Assembly: GCA_045596505.1 (NCBI GenBank)
Contig: JAZOCO010000043.1
Location: forward strand, 1-49,081
Direction of reading: 5' to 3'
Source of the DNA: Eubacteriales bacterium
GTDB lineage: Bacteria > Bacillota > Clostridia > Oscillospirales > CAG-272
Length of the DNA: 49,081 bases
The translations under genes were made by a program, and so were the position numbers. Shown here piece by piece: positions 1-8,330 of this stretch (position 1 is its first letter; every line of letters starts with the position of its first letter). The notes beneath the pieces are model-generated. The model saw only the letters and a list, made by a program, of their open reading frames with translations, was not told where the DNA came from and did not search any database.

Positions 1-60
1 ACAAGATCATTCTACTCTGAATTTTTATTTGCTTTCTGCTCATCGGCAAAGCCTTTATGG

Positions 61-128
61 AACCCCGCCACTATGGCGGGGTTTTCGTCTTACAAAAAGG
101 CACCGCTTGATCGCGGTGCCAATTTTTT
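61..128. terminator. Two tandem intrinsic terminator hairpins
   Basis: AACCCCGCCA-cta-TGGCGGGGTT+T tract (61-85); GGCACCGC-ttgatc-GCGGTGCC+T tract (99-128). Confidence 0.7.
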
Positions 129-158
129 GAAATTTTTTGAAATTTTTTCAAAAAACCA

Positions 159-187
159 TTGACATACTATTAATAGTATGGTATAAT
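159..187 (+). promoter_or_regulatory. SigA consensus promoter with overlapping 18-bp palindromic operator
   Basis: TTGACA(159-164)-17-TATAAT(182-187) with extended -10 TG; perfect palindrome CATACTATTAATAGTATG at 163-180. Confidence 0.85.
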
Positions 188-211
188 ATATACAGAAAGG
201 AGGTAAGCACT

Positions 212-343
212 GTGGAAAACATAGAAAAAGCCCTGCGAGATTTAGCAAAAGCAGTTGAAAGTAACGCAACAGTCAAGAATGTTAAAATTACAATCACGAT
301 GCAAAAGCCAAAATCGTGCAAGGCAGACCAAGAAAACCGATAA
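212..343 (+). CDS. Small hypothetical protein (43 aa)
   Basis: AAAGGAGGT RBS before GTG at 212, directly after a consensus promoter; the ORF-track start at 137 lies upstream of that promoter. Confidence 0.7.
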   Translation: MENIEKALRDLAKAVESNATVKNVKITITMQKPKSCKADQENR

Positions 344-388
344 GGTTTTCAAGGCAGGGAGGGGGGCGAAACCCCTCCCGTAAGTCCT

Positions 389-417
389 ATTATATCACGA
401 ACAAAAAATTTTGTCAA
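389..417 (-). promoter_or_regulatory. Antisense SigA consensus promoter
   Basis: Minus strand TTGACA(417-412)-17-TATAAT(394-389) with extended -10 TG, pointing into ORF 212-343. Confidence 0.8.
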
Positions 418-443
418 TTCCATAAATAAAGAAAGGACTAAAA

Positions 444-611
444 ATGATTATTGAAAAGAACGGCAAAAACTATGAAATTACCGAATATACTACACATTGG
501 GTTGTTCGCCTGAAAAACGGAGATCTTACCGTGGATTTTCAAATCCCAAAAGAGATCTGCAAAAGCATCGTTGAATTAAAAAATTACATCTACACAGAAA
601 AAATGTTTTGA
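444..611 (+). CDS. Small hypothetical protein (55 aa, MIIEKNGKNYEITEYTTHW...)
   Basis: GAAAGGA RBS, ATG 444 to TGA 611; translated by hand because it is below the ORF-track cutoff. Confidence 0.7.
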   Translation: MIIEKNGKNYEITEYTTHWVVRLKNGDLTVDFQIPKEICKSIVELKNYIYTEKMF

Positions 612-621
612 GGTAAAAGAT

Positions 622-828
622 ATGGAAATCCAAAAAAGAAAAACTAAAACATCAACAGAAGTAAAAGCTCGCTACAACAAAAAGACCTATACTGCTATAA
701 CCGCGTACATTCCAAAAGAAACGGCACAAGCCTTTAAGGAAAAATGTGCCGCAGAGGGAATCGCACAAGCACAGGTCATCAAAGAAGCTATCAAACGATT
801 TTTAGATGCTGACGAAAGGAACATTTAA
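622..828 (+). CDS. Small basic DNA-binding protein, ribbon-helix-helix/antitoxin-like
   Basis: GAGGT RBS; basic N-terminus, then a beta-helix-helix-like pattern (AITAYIPKETAQAFKEKCAAEGIAQAQVIKEAI). Confidence 0.65.
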   Translation: MEIQKRKTKTSTEVKARYNKKTYTAITAYIPKETAQAFKEKCAAEGIAQAQVIKEAIKRFLDADERNI

Positions 829-829
829 C

Positions 830-1222
830 ATGAGTGCTGTTATCACATACATTTTGGTTGCAAGCGCACAAATACCCGTGTTTCTCTTGCTTTATACTCT
901 TCTTATTGGTATGCGTGACGATGAGAGAGAAACGAGCGGTTGGGGCCGCTGGTGGTTGTTTACGCTCGTACCGCTTTTGTGCTTGCCACCTCTTGTATTC
1001 TCTGGTATGCATTTGTATTTCAACCTGAGCGAATTTTCCACTTCTTTGATTCTAACGGTAATTATTGTAACGATCGCTTGTCTTTTATCAATCATTCCCT
1101 CTTACTATTACTGCATCTACAGGCGCAGAGAAAACAATATACCCACAAGCCCGGAAGTCTTAACCATGATCGTTTTTCATGCCATTGCGGTCATTATAGC
1201 AACGTGGTGCATTTGCCTGTAA
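830..1222 (+). CDS. Hypothetical integral membrane protein (~4 TM)
   Basis: GAAAGGA RBS before ATG 830; four hydrophobic stretches. Confidence 0.65.
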   Translation: MSAVITYILVASAQIPVFLLLYTLLIGMRDDERETSGWGRWWLFTLVPLLCLPPLVFSGMHLYFNLSEFSTSLILTVIIVTIACLLSIIPSYYYCIYRRRENNIPTSPEVLTMIVFHAIAVIIATWCICL

Positions 1223-1237
1223 AGCAGCACAATTTTA

Positions 1238-1284
1238 TGGTTGCATCGTGGTTGCAAGCCCATTTTGGTTGCATTTTGGTTGCA
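1238..1284. repeat. Four TGGTTGCA direct repeats, putative integrase arm-type sites
   Basis: Copies at 1238, 1249, 1266 and 1277 (two pairs 11 bp apart), about 150 bp from the att-like core. Confidence 0.6.
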
Positions 1285-1432
1285 TTTCGTTTCCGTTTTT
1301 GGAAAACTTTTTTTGAAACTATAAAAAACACTTTCAAGCAAAAAAGACTTTTAACAGCCCTCAAACCCTTGTAAAATAAAGAAAAACCCCGAAGCCCTTG
1401 CAAAACAAGGACTTTCGGGATTTTTCTGTTTT

Positions 1433-1460
1433 TGGTGGATCCGAGGAGAGTCTGAACTCC
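1433..1460 (-). repeat. Duplicated tmRNA 3' end (att-like core)
   Basis: TGGTGGATCCGAGGAGAGTC is identical to 1636-1655; the match continues (GAACTCC) after a 1-nt insertion. Confidence 0.9.
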
Positions 1461-1600
1461 GCAGGCGCGCTTCGCGCGGCTGCTTGAAGGTGCTCTTTGA
1501 TGCCGTCCTTCCCCATATTGTTATATCCTTCAATATACTTCCAACCCTGATGAAGGCTGCACCTTCCGCAGGAGTTCGACGGTCCCCGCCCGATTCGCCA

Positions 1601-1635
1601 AAGCAAAAAGACCGCGCAAGGCGGTCTTTTTGCTT
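1601..1635 (-). terminator. ssrA terminator hairpin
   Basis: AAGCAAAAAGACCGC-gcaag-GCGGTCTTTTTGCTT, a perfect 15-bp stem right after the CCA end. Confidence 0.8.
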
Positions 1636-2004
1636 TGGTGGATCCGAGGAGAGTCGAACTCCTGTCCGAAAACCCGTTCACAGGACTTTCTTCGTGGGTA
1701 GTCTTTGGTTTAAAATTCCCTTACAGCGTCGAGCAAAGACACCCTACGCCGCTTGGTAGCCCTTTTTTGCATGATCGGTACAAGTGCGAACTTCCGATGC
1801 ATGTTCACCACTGCATGACGCTCCCATCGGGGTCGTGGTCCTCCCCGCGGAAACGGGCGGCCTTAAAGCCGCGGCACTGCCAAATTAGGCAGCCAGTGCG
1901 ACGTTTTCGTCAGCGTTTAATTTTAAGGTTGAGCCTTTTTCGTGATTGCTCGGCACGCCACGCTTATCCTGCTTCAAGATCCCCGTCGAAACCTTTACGG
2001 ACCC
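1636..2004 (-). ncRNA. ssrA: tmRNA; tag peptide (A)ADENVALAA at 1914-1885
   Basis: 5' GGGTCCGTAAAGGTTTCGACGGGG; 3' GGAGTTCGACTCTCCTCGGATCCACCA; acceptor stem with G3.U pair; tag ORF ending ALAA-stop; smpB nearby. Confidence 0.97.
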
Positions 2005-2018
2005 AGATACACCATACT

Positions 2019-2047
2019 ATTTTACAGCGCTTTTATAAATTTGTCAA
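2019..2047 (-). promoter_or_regulatory. ssrA promoter
   Basis: TTGACA-17-TAAAAT just upstream of the mature 5' end. Confidence 0.75.
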
Positions 2048-2050
2048 GTG

Positions 2051-2084
2051 CCACCCTCTCCCACCTGCGGGTGGGAGAGGGTGG
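2051..2084 (-). terminator. Hairpin after the large repeat-protein gene
   Basis: CCACCCTCTCCCACC-tgcg-GGTGGGAGAGGGTGG. Confidence 0.7.
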
Positions 2085-2090
2085 ATAATT

Positions 2091-5000
2091 TTAGGATTGG
2101 GACGGTATCGTACCGTTGATAAGATAATTCAAAAAGTCAATGATCGTATATTTACTTGCCCAATCAGCACCAAGTGCCGTAGCAAATATCGCTTGCTTTT
2201 CCACACTTATATTAAGAAGCTCTGCATCCATCAGGCTCTTGATCTTGCAATTCATCATAGCCGTATCAAGCTCGGTTACCTTGGTTGTGGGATCAATAGC
2301 CTTCAAAATCCCTTCGGGCTCCGGATAAAGCTGCGCTACGGTCATATTTTCAATATCCCCAACGATATGGTCAAGATCCGAGCCCGCAAGCACGGCAAGA
2401 ACACCTGTTACCTTGTTATTGCCCGAATCGTACCAGCCGTCTGCTTTTTTCGTAAAATCAAGCATTGTGCCAATGGAGATGGACTTTAGCTTATTCTCGA
2501 CTCCGCCGATCTCGGTATCTGCCAATGCGCCAAGGAGCCCTGTGACGGGCTTTTCTTCATCCGCGACGGTATTCCCTGCGGCATCGGTCTTTGTTTTATA
2601 CCAAACACCCTCGACGCATTTATATCCCATACTGTCCCCCAGCTTTGCCGTTTGCAGTGCCCCCGCGATCTTATCGGCATTGTCAAGGTCGGAAACCAGC
2701 ATGTCGGCAAACACAAGATCAAGACCCGTGAGCGGCTTGCCGTTTGCATCCTCCCAAGCGCCCTCATTGAAGGAATGTCCAAGCAGCCTGCCAAGCTTCA
2801 TGCTGTTAAGCTCCTCGCGTGCGTGGGTGAGGTGGATATTGGCAAGCGAGGCGGTGATGCCCGTGGGCTTCTTGCTCAGCGCCTGATCGGTAAACCATTC
2901 CCCTGTTTCCTCGTTGCGATAAAAGCCGAAGGCGTATCCCAGCGGCATTTCATCGATCTCGTGCTCAACGGCATTGATCTTAAGTCCCATCAGGTGTGCC
3001 ATCACACCGGAGGCTGCCACGTTATTCTTATTGACCCACTGTCCGTCAACGTACTTATAATTAAGGACCACCGAAAGCTCGACCTCTCCTAACTTTTCGC
3101 TGACTGCCGCTGAGTCCTTCAGCGCACCGACCGTAAGATCTGCCATAGTCCCCATAATGCCCGTGGCGGGCACGTCATCCTGATACCACGTGTCGGCAGC
3201 GCCGTCGCCATTGGTGTCCTTTTTCATATAACCTATGGCATCACCAAGCAGGATCGCGTCGATGGTGGCAGTGTTGATATCCTTTAGCGGATTGGTTGCC
3301 AAAGCAGCCAAAATACCCGTTAACTTCACGTCATTGGTGCTATCACCGTCATCACTGTATTCGGAGTACCAAACGCCGTCAACCAACGTATAGCCCATCG
3401 CATCCGCCAGCGCCAGCTCGCGTATTTTAGCGGTGAGCGTGTCGGCATTTGAAAACTCGCCTATCGTAATATCCGCCAGGGTTGCAAGCATACCCGTGAC
3501 CCGTTTATTATTCTCGTCATACCATTTATCGGGCGTGCCGTCCGCGTCGGTATCCTTTTCCGTGTAGCCCAGCACCTCGCCTACTGCGATGGCATTGATG
3601 GTGCTTTCATTCAGCTCCTTCACGCGATTGCCTGCAAGGACCCCGAGCACGCCTTTTACGCGCACGTTTTCATCGCTGTTTGCAGCAACAAAGGTGGAAT
3701 ACCATACGCCCTCGTGCTCGGTATATTCGAGAACCTCGCCAAGGCGCATATCCTTTACGGTATCGCTAAAATCTGCGCGCCCCTCTAAGACGTCGGAAAG
3801 CGGCAGGTTGGCGATCTCAAGCATAGTTCCCGTAACCTCAACAGGTGGCGTTTCTCCTTTGGTAAACTCATATTTGTCGTAGGAAGCTTCGTCGCTTGGA
3901 TCTTTGCTCTCGTAAATATCGCCACGCGTATAGCCCATTGCATCGCCCATGCGAAGCTCACCGAGCGCACTTGAAAGGCTAAACTGACCGCTCATCACGT
4001 CGGAAAGCAGCACGTTAGCGAGAGCGTTTTGCACAGCGCCCACGTAAACAAGCGTGCTCTCGTCACCCTCAGTGACCGTGCGATACCAGCGCAGATCCTC
4101 GCCGCGCGTGTAGCCCTGCACCTCACCCAACGTGAGCGCACCGAGCGCTTCGGTCATATCCAACTGACCGTTCAAAACGGTAGAAAGCGAAATATCGGCA
4201 ATGGCGGAAAGCACGGGGGAAACCTCAGTTTCGGTGTTGTCCGTGCCCTTCTTCATCCACTTATGACCCACAAGGGTATCTCCCTCAAGCACCTCGCGGT
4301 AGGTATAGCCCTGGAGATCGCCTATATACAGCGAGCCAAGTGTGGCATTCAGGTCAAGGTGACCGTTCAGCACGTCACTTACTGCCATATTGGCGATCTT
4401 TGCCTGCATTTTACTGACCTTGGCACCGTCCTTCATCCAACAGTAGCCAACGACAATATCCTCGCCACCCTCAGGATTGGGCTCGGTGATAGCATCGCCG
4501 CGAGAGTAGCCGTTTTGAAGATCGCCAAAATACATGCCGTCAAAGGTTTGATCGAGGGAAAGCGTTCTGTTTATCACGTCAAGCAAAGAGATCTTTGCCA
4601 GCGCCGCATTCATTGACGACGCGGGAACATCATCGGTATCGTCACCATTGTCGGTATAGGCGGTGTACCACGTGTCACCAACCTTTATATACCCAAGCGC
4701 ATCACCAAGATACACACCCGTGCAAAGCGCGGGAAGGCTGAAGGTATAGCGACCCGTATTGGCATCGGGCAGGATCACGTCCTTTACAAGACGCCCCTCA
4801 CACATTTTTTCAAGAAGCGCGCCCGTCATAAAGCCCGAAAGTATGGGGCGAAGCTCCTGCTCTCCAAGATCGGTTGCCAAAACGCCAAGCAGATCGCCGT
4901 TTTGCGTGGTGGCACTAAGGATCCTGCCAAGGTCAAGCTCTGCCATCGCCTCCTGCATAGTCAGCTGGCTTGCGTTAACAGGAACGACATTGCCCTCCTC

Positions 5001-6035
5001 GTCAAAGGTAACGCCTGTGAAATAGCCAAGCTTTACGCCTGCGAACAGCTCACCGTACTGCCCGTTTGTCAAAAGTGCAAGCGGACGCTCGGAAAGCGTT
5101 TCAACAACACGCGGGCTGAGCATTGCGGGGGGCAAAAATGAAAGCAGATACCCAAACTTGAGATTTTGGGCGATCACCGCACCTCCCTCGCTTGAAACAA
5201 GCGTGGTGATGGGAACGGAAAAGAGATCCGTTGGCAAGACTGCCAGTGTTTCTGCGGGCAGTGCAATACCGTAATGGTCGATCAGGGTCTGCAGGGTATG
5301 CTCTCCGAGATCTGCGCGCACAGCGTTAAGATCGGCGATCAGCTCAAGTAAGGACGTGCTTGTAAGATCAATGTCGCCGTTTTGCGTCAAATACTTATCA
5401 GCATCGGTCGCGATGCCGAATTTTTGCAGCTCGTCGATGGTAAGCCCGCTTACAACATGATAAACTGCACCGATCACGGAGCCGTAGGCGATCGCCATGC
5501 CGAGGACAAGCGTTAAGGTAAAGCGCAGCAGTGCACCCACCACACGGTAAATATAATGCTTTCTGCGTGGGCGACGGTTTTTAAGCTTTTCCTTAAGCTT
5601 TTCGTCGCGCTCCGCTTGCTTTTTCAGCTTTTCCGCTTTCTTTTTTTGACGCGCTTGCCTTTTTTCCTCACGCTTTGCCTCGGATGCCGCCGCTTCGGCC
5701 TTTTTTTTCTCAGCCCTTTCGCGTGCAGCTGCTTCCCTGTCAGCTTCCCTGTCAGCTTCCTTTTCAGCTACTTGTTCCACTGTTGGGGCTTCTTCCTTTG
5801 GCATCTCTGCCGCCTCGACAGGCTCAGCGGCGCTCTCCTGTGCGGGGGCAACATTACTCACCTCGACGGGTGGAGTAACGCTCTCCTCAACAGAGGTAGC
5901 CTCGCTCTCCTTAGCGAGGGCAGCTTCGCTCTCCTTAGCGGTTATCTCGTGCTCATTCTGCGATAAGGGAGTATGCGCCTCTTGGGAGTTGTTTTCAACA
6001 TTATCTTGATTTTTGTTTGCATTTTCGTCCATCAC
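2091..6035 (-). CDS. Large membrane-anchored repeat protein of unknown function (1314 aa)
   Basis: GGAGGAG RBS; own promoter TTGCTT-17-TATAAT (6127-6099); charged low-complexity N-terminus, one hydrophobic segment, ~14 LG(D/E)xxGY...W(Y)...TGhhxxLA repeats. Confidence 0.9.
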   Translation of the reverse strand: MMDENANKNQDNVENNSQEAHTPLSQNEHEITAKESEAALAKESEATSVEESVTPPVEVSNVAPAQESAAEPVEAAEMPKEEAPTVEQVAEKEADREADREAAARERAEKKKAEAAASEAKREEKRQARQKKKAEKLKKQAERDEKLKEKLKNRRPRRKHYIYRVVGALLRFTLTLVLGMAIAYGSVIGAVYHVVSGLTIDELQKFGIATDADKYLTQNGDIDLTSTSLLELIADLNAVRADLGEHTLQTLIDHYGIALPAETLAVLPTDLFSVPITTLVSSEGGAVIAQNLKFGYLLSFLPPAMLSPRVVETLSERPLALLTNGQYGELFAGVKLGYFTGVTFDEEGNVVPVNASQLTMQEAMAELDLGRILSATTQNGDLLGVLATDLGEQELRPILSGFMTGALLEKMCEGRLVKDVILPDANTGRYTFSLPALCTGVYLGDALGYIKVGDTWYTAYTDNGDDTDDVPASSMNAALAKISLLDVINRTLSLDQTFDGMYFGDLQNGYSRGDAITEPNPEGGEDIVVGYCWMKDGAKVSKMQAKIANMAVSDVLNGHLDLNATLGSLYIGDLQGYTYREVLEGDTLVGHKWMKKGTDNTETEVSPVLSAIADISLSTVLNGQLDMTEALGALTLGEVQGYTRGEDLRWYRTVTEGDESTLVYVGAVQNALANVLLSDVMSGQFSLSSALGELRMGDAMGYTRGDIYESKDPSDEASYDKYEFTKGETPPVEVTGTMLEIANLPLSDVLEGRADFSDTVKDMRLGEVLEYTEHEGVWYSTFVAANSDENVRVKGVLGVLAGNRVKELNESTINAIAVGEVLGYTEKDTDADGTPDKWYDENNKRVTGMLATLADITIGEFSNADTLTAKIRELALADAMGYTLVDGVWYSEYSDDGDSTNDVKLTGILAALATNPLKDINTATIDAILLGDAIGYMKKDTNGDGAADTWYQDDVPATGIMGTMADLTVGALKDSAAVSEKLGEVELSVVLNYKYVDGQWVNKNNVAASGVMAHLMGLKINAVEHEIDEMPLGYAFGFYRNEETGEWFTDQALSKKPTGITASLANIHLTHAREELNSMKLGRLLGHSFNEGAWEDANGKPLTGLDLVFADMLVSDLDNADKIAGALQTAKLGDSMGYKCVEGVWYKTKTDAAGNTVADEEKPVTGLLGALADTEIGGVENKLKSISIGTMLDFTKKADGWYDSGNNKVTGVLAVLAGSDLDHIVGDIENMTVAQLYPEPEGILKAIDPTTKVTELDTAMMNCKIKSLMDAELLNISVEKQAIFATALGADWASKYTIIDFLNYLINGTIPSQS

Positions 6036-6168
6036 AGATCTCCTCCAGTATGTGTCAGCACTATAAAATCAAAATCATCGTACAAAGCTTCCTATTTTAT
6101 TATAGCACACGGCTACCGTAAAAGCAACCGTTTCGCGTACAAAAAGTGAATTTCCTTTCAAGTAAAAT

Positions 6169-6648
6169 TCAATATTCTCGATTGCCGCCCTTGAAGGCAC
6201 GCTCCATATCACGCTTTGCCGCGTTTTTCGCCATATCCTCACGCTTATCGTAAAGCTTTTTACCTCGGCACAGCCCCAGCTCCATCTTCACGCGCGAGCC
6301 TGAAAAATAAAGTGACAGGGGTATGACGGAATAGCCCTTCTCCTGTGCCTTTCCCGAAAGACGCAGGATCTCACGCTTGTGCATCAGTAGCTTTTTGGGG
6401 CGTAGCGGATCGCGATTGAATATATTGCCCTTTTCGTAGGGGCTTATGTGCATACCAAGCGCAAAGATCTCACCGTTTTTAAAGGTACAGTAGGAATCCT
6501 TTAAATTGACCGCACCTGCACGCAAGCTTTTGACCTCGGTGCCAAACAGCTCGATGCCCGCCTCAAATTTTTCATCCACGAAATAATCGTGCCAAGCTTT
6601 TTTATTCTGCGCGATATTGCGCGTTGCTTTTTTATCCTTTTCTGCCAT
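6169..6648 (-). CDS. smpB: SsrA-binding protein SmpB
   Basis: [35 protein letters not shown] and GKKLYDKRE motifs; start moved to ATG 6648 after a GGAGA RBS. Confidence 0.97.
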   Translation of the reverse strand: MAEKDKKATRNIAQNKKAWHDYFVDEKFEAGIELFGTEVKSLRAGAVNLKDSYCTFKNGEIFALGMHISPYEKGNIFNRDPLRPKKLLMHKREILRLSGKAQEKGYSVIPLSLYFSGSRVKMELGLCRGKKLYDKREDMAKNAAKRDMERAFKGGNREY

Positions 6649-6689
6649 AATTTTCTCCATACTGAAAGTATATACAAAAGAGCCACCGT

Positions 6690-7040
6690 TTAATCCTTGC
6701 CGCACGACGAGCACGCACGCAGCTTGCCAGCCGCATGTGCCTCATCGACCGTGCCCGATATAACACCCTCTTTTTCGCTGATGTAGCGACATGCCTCGCT
6801 AAGGTGGTATACCGACCCTCCGCTTAGCCAAAAAACGATACCGTTGTGGGGTGTTTCATCTTCAGGCAGCGTGTCATCACCGCCCTTTTCATCCGAATTT
6901 TGCGCCTCAAGCCGGGCTCGTTGCGCTGCGACCTCTTCTGCTGTAAGCAGCTTGCCCGCATCAAAGCGCGCCGTATTGCCACAAGCGGCAAGAAAAAGCG
7001 TGAGCAATAAAAACAATACTGCAATGGATCTCTTACGCAT
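6690..7040 (-). CDS. Lipoprotein with C-terminal His/Cys metal-binding domain
   Basis: Lipobox LAAC; YH-x4-C ... CxxC pattern. Confidence 0.75.
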   Translation of the reverse strand: MRKRSIAVLFLLLTLFLAACGNTARFDAGKLLTAEEVAAQRARLEAQNSDEKGGDDTLPEDETPHNGIVFWLSGGSVYHLSEACRYISEKEGVISGTVDEAHAAGKLRACSSCGKD

Positions 7041-7927
7041 TACGATTCCTCAAGAAGACGCTCAAGAAGCCCCATGCGTGAGGAGGCAAACTCATAAGCA
7101 CGCTTATAGTCATCTCCTTGCCGACAGCACTGCTCCATATCTCCAAAGACCTCATAAAGGAGCACCCCCACGGGCAATGCATCGCTGGAAAGCAACAATT
7201 CAAACGCCTCCATTGCTTCCTTCAAGCACCCCTTTCGCATTAGGGACAGCGCGTGCAGCCGCGCACCCCAAACACTTTCACCATTACGGGCAAGATATGC
7301 GTCGACCTCGCCCTCCCTGCCCCCGTCAAGGGCATCCAAGGCAAGCATATAAGCACAAAAATCATCTCCTACGGACTTCGCCATCTCCACCTCGTTTTCC
7401 TCAAGCAGATCCGAAACAAGGGTTGGCGAAAGTGTGCTAAGATACCGAAAGTAAACAGCCGCACGGTTTCGGATCCACGCCGTGTTGTAAACAGTATCGT
7501 TTGACGAAGCAACGGCACGATCAAAGCCCGCTGCCGCGGCACGAAGTCTGCCGCAGTCAAACGCATCCTTTGCGATATAGTATTCACATTCCGCACGGAT
7601 GAGGGCGATCTCGTCATCATAATCATCACCGAAATTTGCGTTAAGCACGGCAATGCAGCCTGTAAAATCCCCGCCCGAAAGTGCACGACGCACGTTTGGC
7701 ATAGCAACCATCTTTCGGTATGAAAGCGTTTCCTCCTCGCGAGAGAGCAAATACCCCACGGGAACGTTCAGGCGCTCGGCAATATAGCAAGCCGTTGGCA
7801 CGGACGGCAACGCCGTTCCTTTTTCGATGGCACACAGCATATTGCGCGTGATTTGATCTCCTGCAAGATCTGCCTGCGTCATCATTTTCGAGAGTCGCAG
7901 CGCGCGTATCCTTTCTCCGACATTCAT
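7040..7927 (-). CDS. XRE-family HTH regulator with helical/TPR-like C-terminus
   Basis: GERIRALRLSKMMTQADLAG...IEKG HTH; AAGGAG RBS before ATG 7927; promoter TTGACA-18-TATAAT (7990-7961). Confidence 0.85.
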   Translation of the reverse strand: MNVGERIRALRLSKMMTQADLAGDQITRNMLCAIEKGTALPSVPTACYIAERLNVPVGYLLSREEETLSYRKMVAMPNVRRALSGGDFTGCIAVLNANFGDDYDDEIALIRAECEYYIAKDAFDCGRLRAAAAGFDRAVASSNDTVYNTAWIRNRAAVYFRYLSTLSPTLVSDLLEENEVEMAKSVGDDFCAYMLALDALDGGREGEVDAYLARNGESVWGARLHALSLMRKGCLKEAMEAFELLLSSDALPVGVLLYEVFGDMEQCCRQGDDYKRAYEFASSRMGLLERLLEES

Positions 7928-8330
7928 AAAATTCACTCCTTAGTGTAAATGGCATTTAACATTATAGCACGCGCGCGGCGAACGTGTCAAGAACAATCCG
8001 TCGAAAAACTAAAAATCTAAAAATAGATCATTGCTGAGATTACTATTTTGTTACTATCGTATTATCAACGCACAAAAATTGACCCAAACAGACAAAAAGA
8101 AAAATCCCATAAACCCAAGGGAAACCTTGAATTTATGAGATTGATCTTTGTGCTTGAATTATCTTTCGGAGCGCCGTGAGGCGTTAAGAAAACATGCCTG
8201 CGGCATATTTTTAGCCCGAAAGACGAAGCCTTAGCGGTTTTGGATGCCTCGTTTACATGGCGGGACAAGAAAATGGCACCCACCGAAAACGATGGATGCC
8301 ATTTGATAACACTTTGTGGGTGCTGTTTTC

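Larger units (their letters stand above)
1..1460. mobile_element. End of an integrated element (prophage/ICE-like) at a tmRNA 3'-end att site; continues beyond the window
   Basis: Visibly AT-richer than the rest of the window, with small hypothetical ORFs, a second copy of the ssrA 3' end at 1433-1460 and clustered TGGTTGCA repeats. No integrase is in the window. Confidence 0.65.

Noticed and set aside
1238-1284. Possible CRISPR array
   Set aside because: 8-bp repeats with 3-9 bp gaps and no cas genes; no CRISPR array seen anywhere in the window
1571-1600. Possible tRNA gene (GTTCGAC...CCA)
   Set aside because: No D arm, anticodon arm or matching acceptor 5' strand; treated as a mimic inside the mini-element
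1635-2489. 284-aa plus-strand ORF
   Set aside because: Antisense to the tmRNA and to the 3' end of the repeat-protein gene; no RBS or recognisable motifs
5731-5940. Short tandem duplications in the large gene (12-bp unit; KESEA twice)
   Set aside because: In-frame slippage in a low-complexity region, not a phase-variation tract
2091-6035. Choline-binding, SLH or RTX repeat assignment for the large protein
   Set aside because: WY and Asp/Gly motifs occur, but the unit length and helical segments do not fit those consensus repeats
8135-8179. 14-aa ORF MRLIFVLELSFGAP divergent from the XRE-TPR regulator, as a possible signalling peptide
   Set aside because: Weak RBS, no clear promoter, and a length expected by chance
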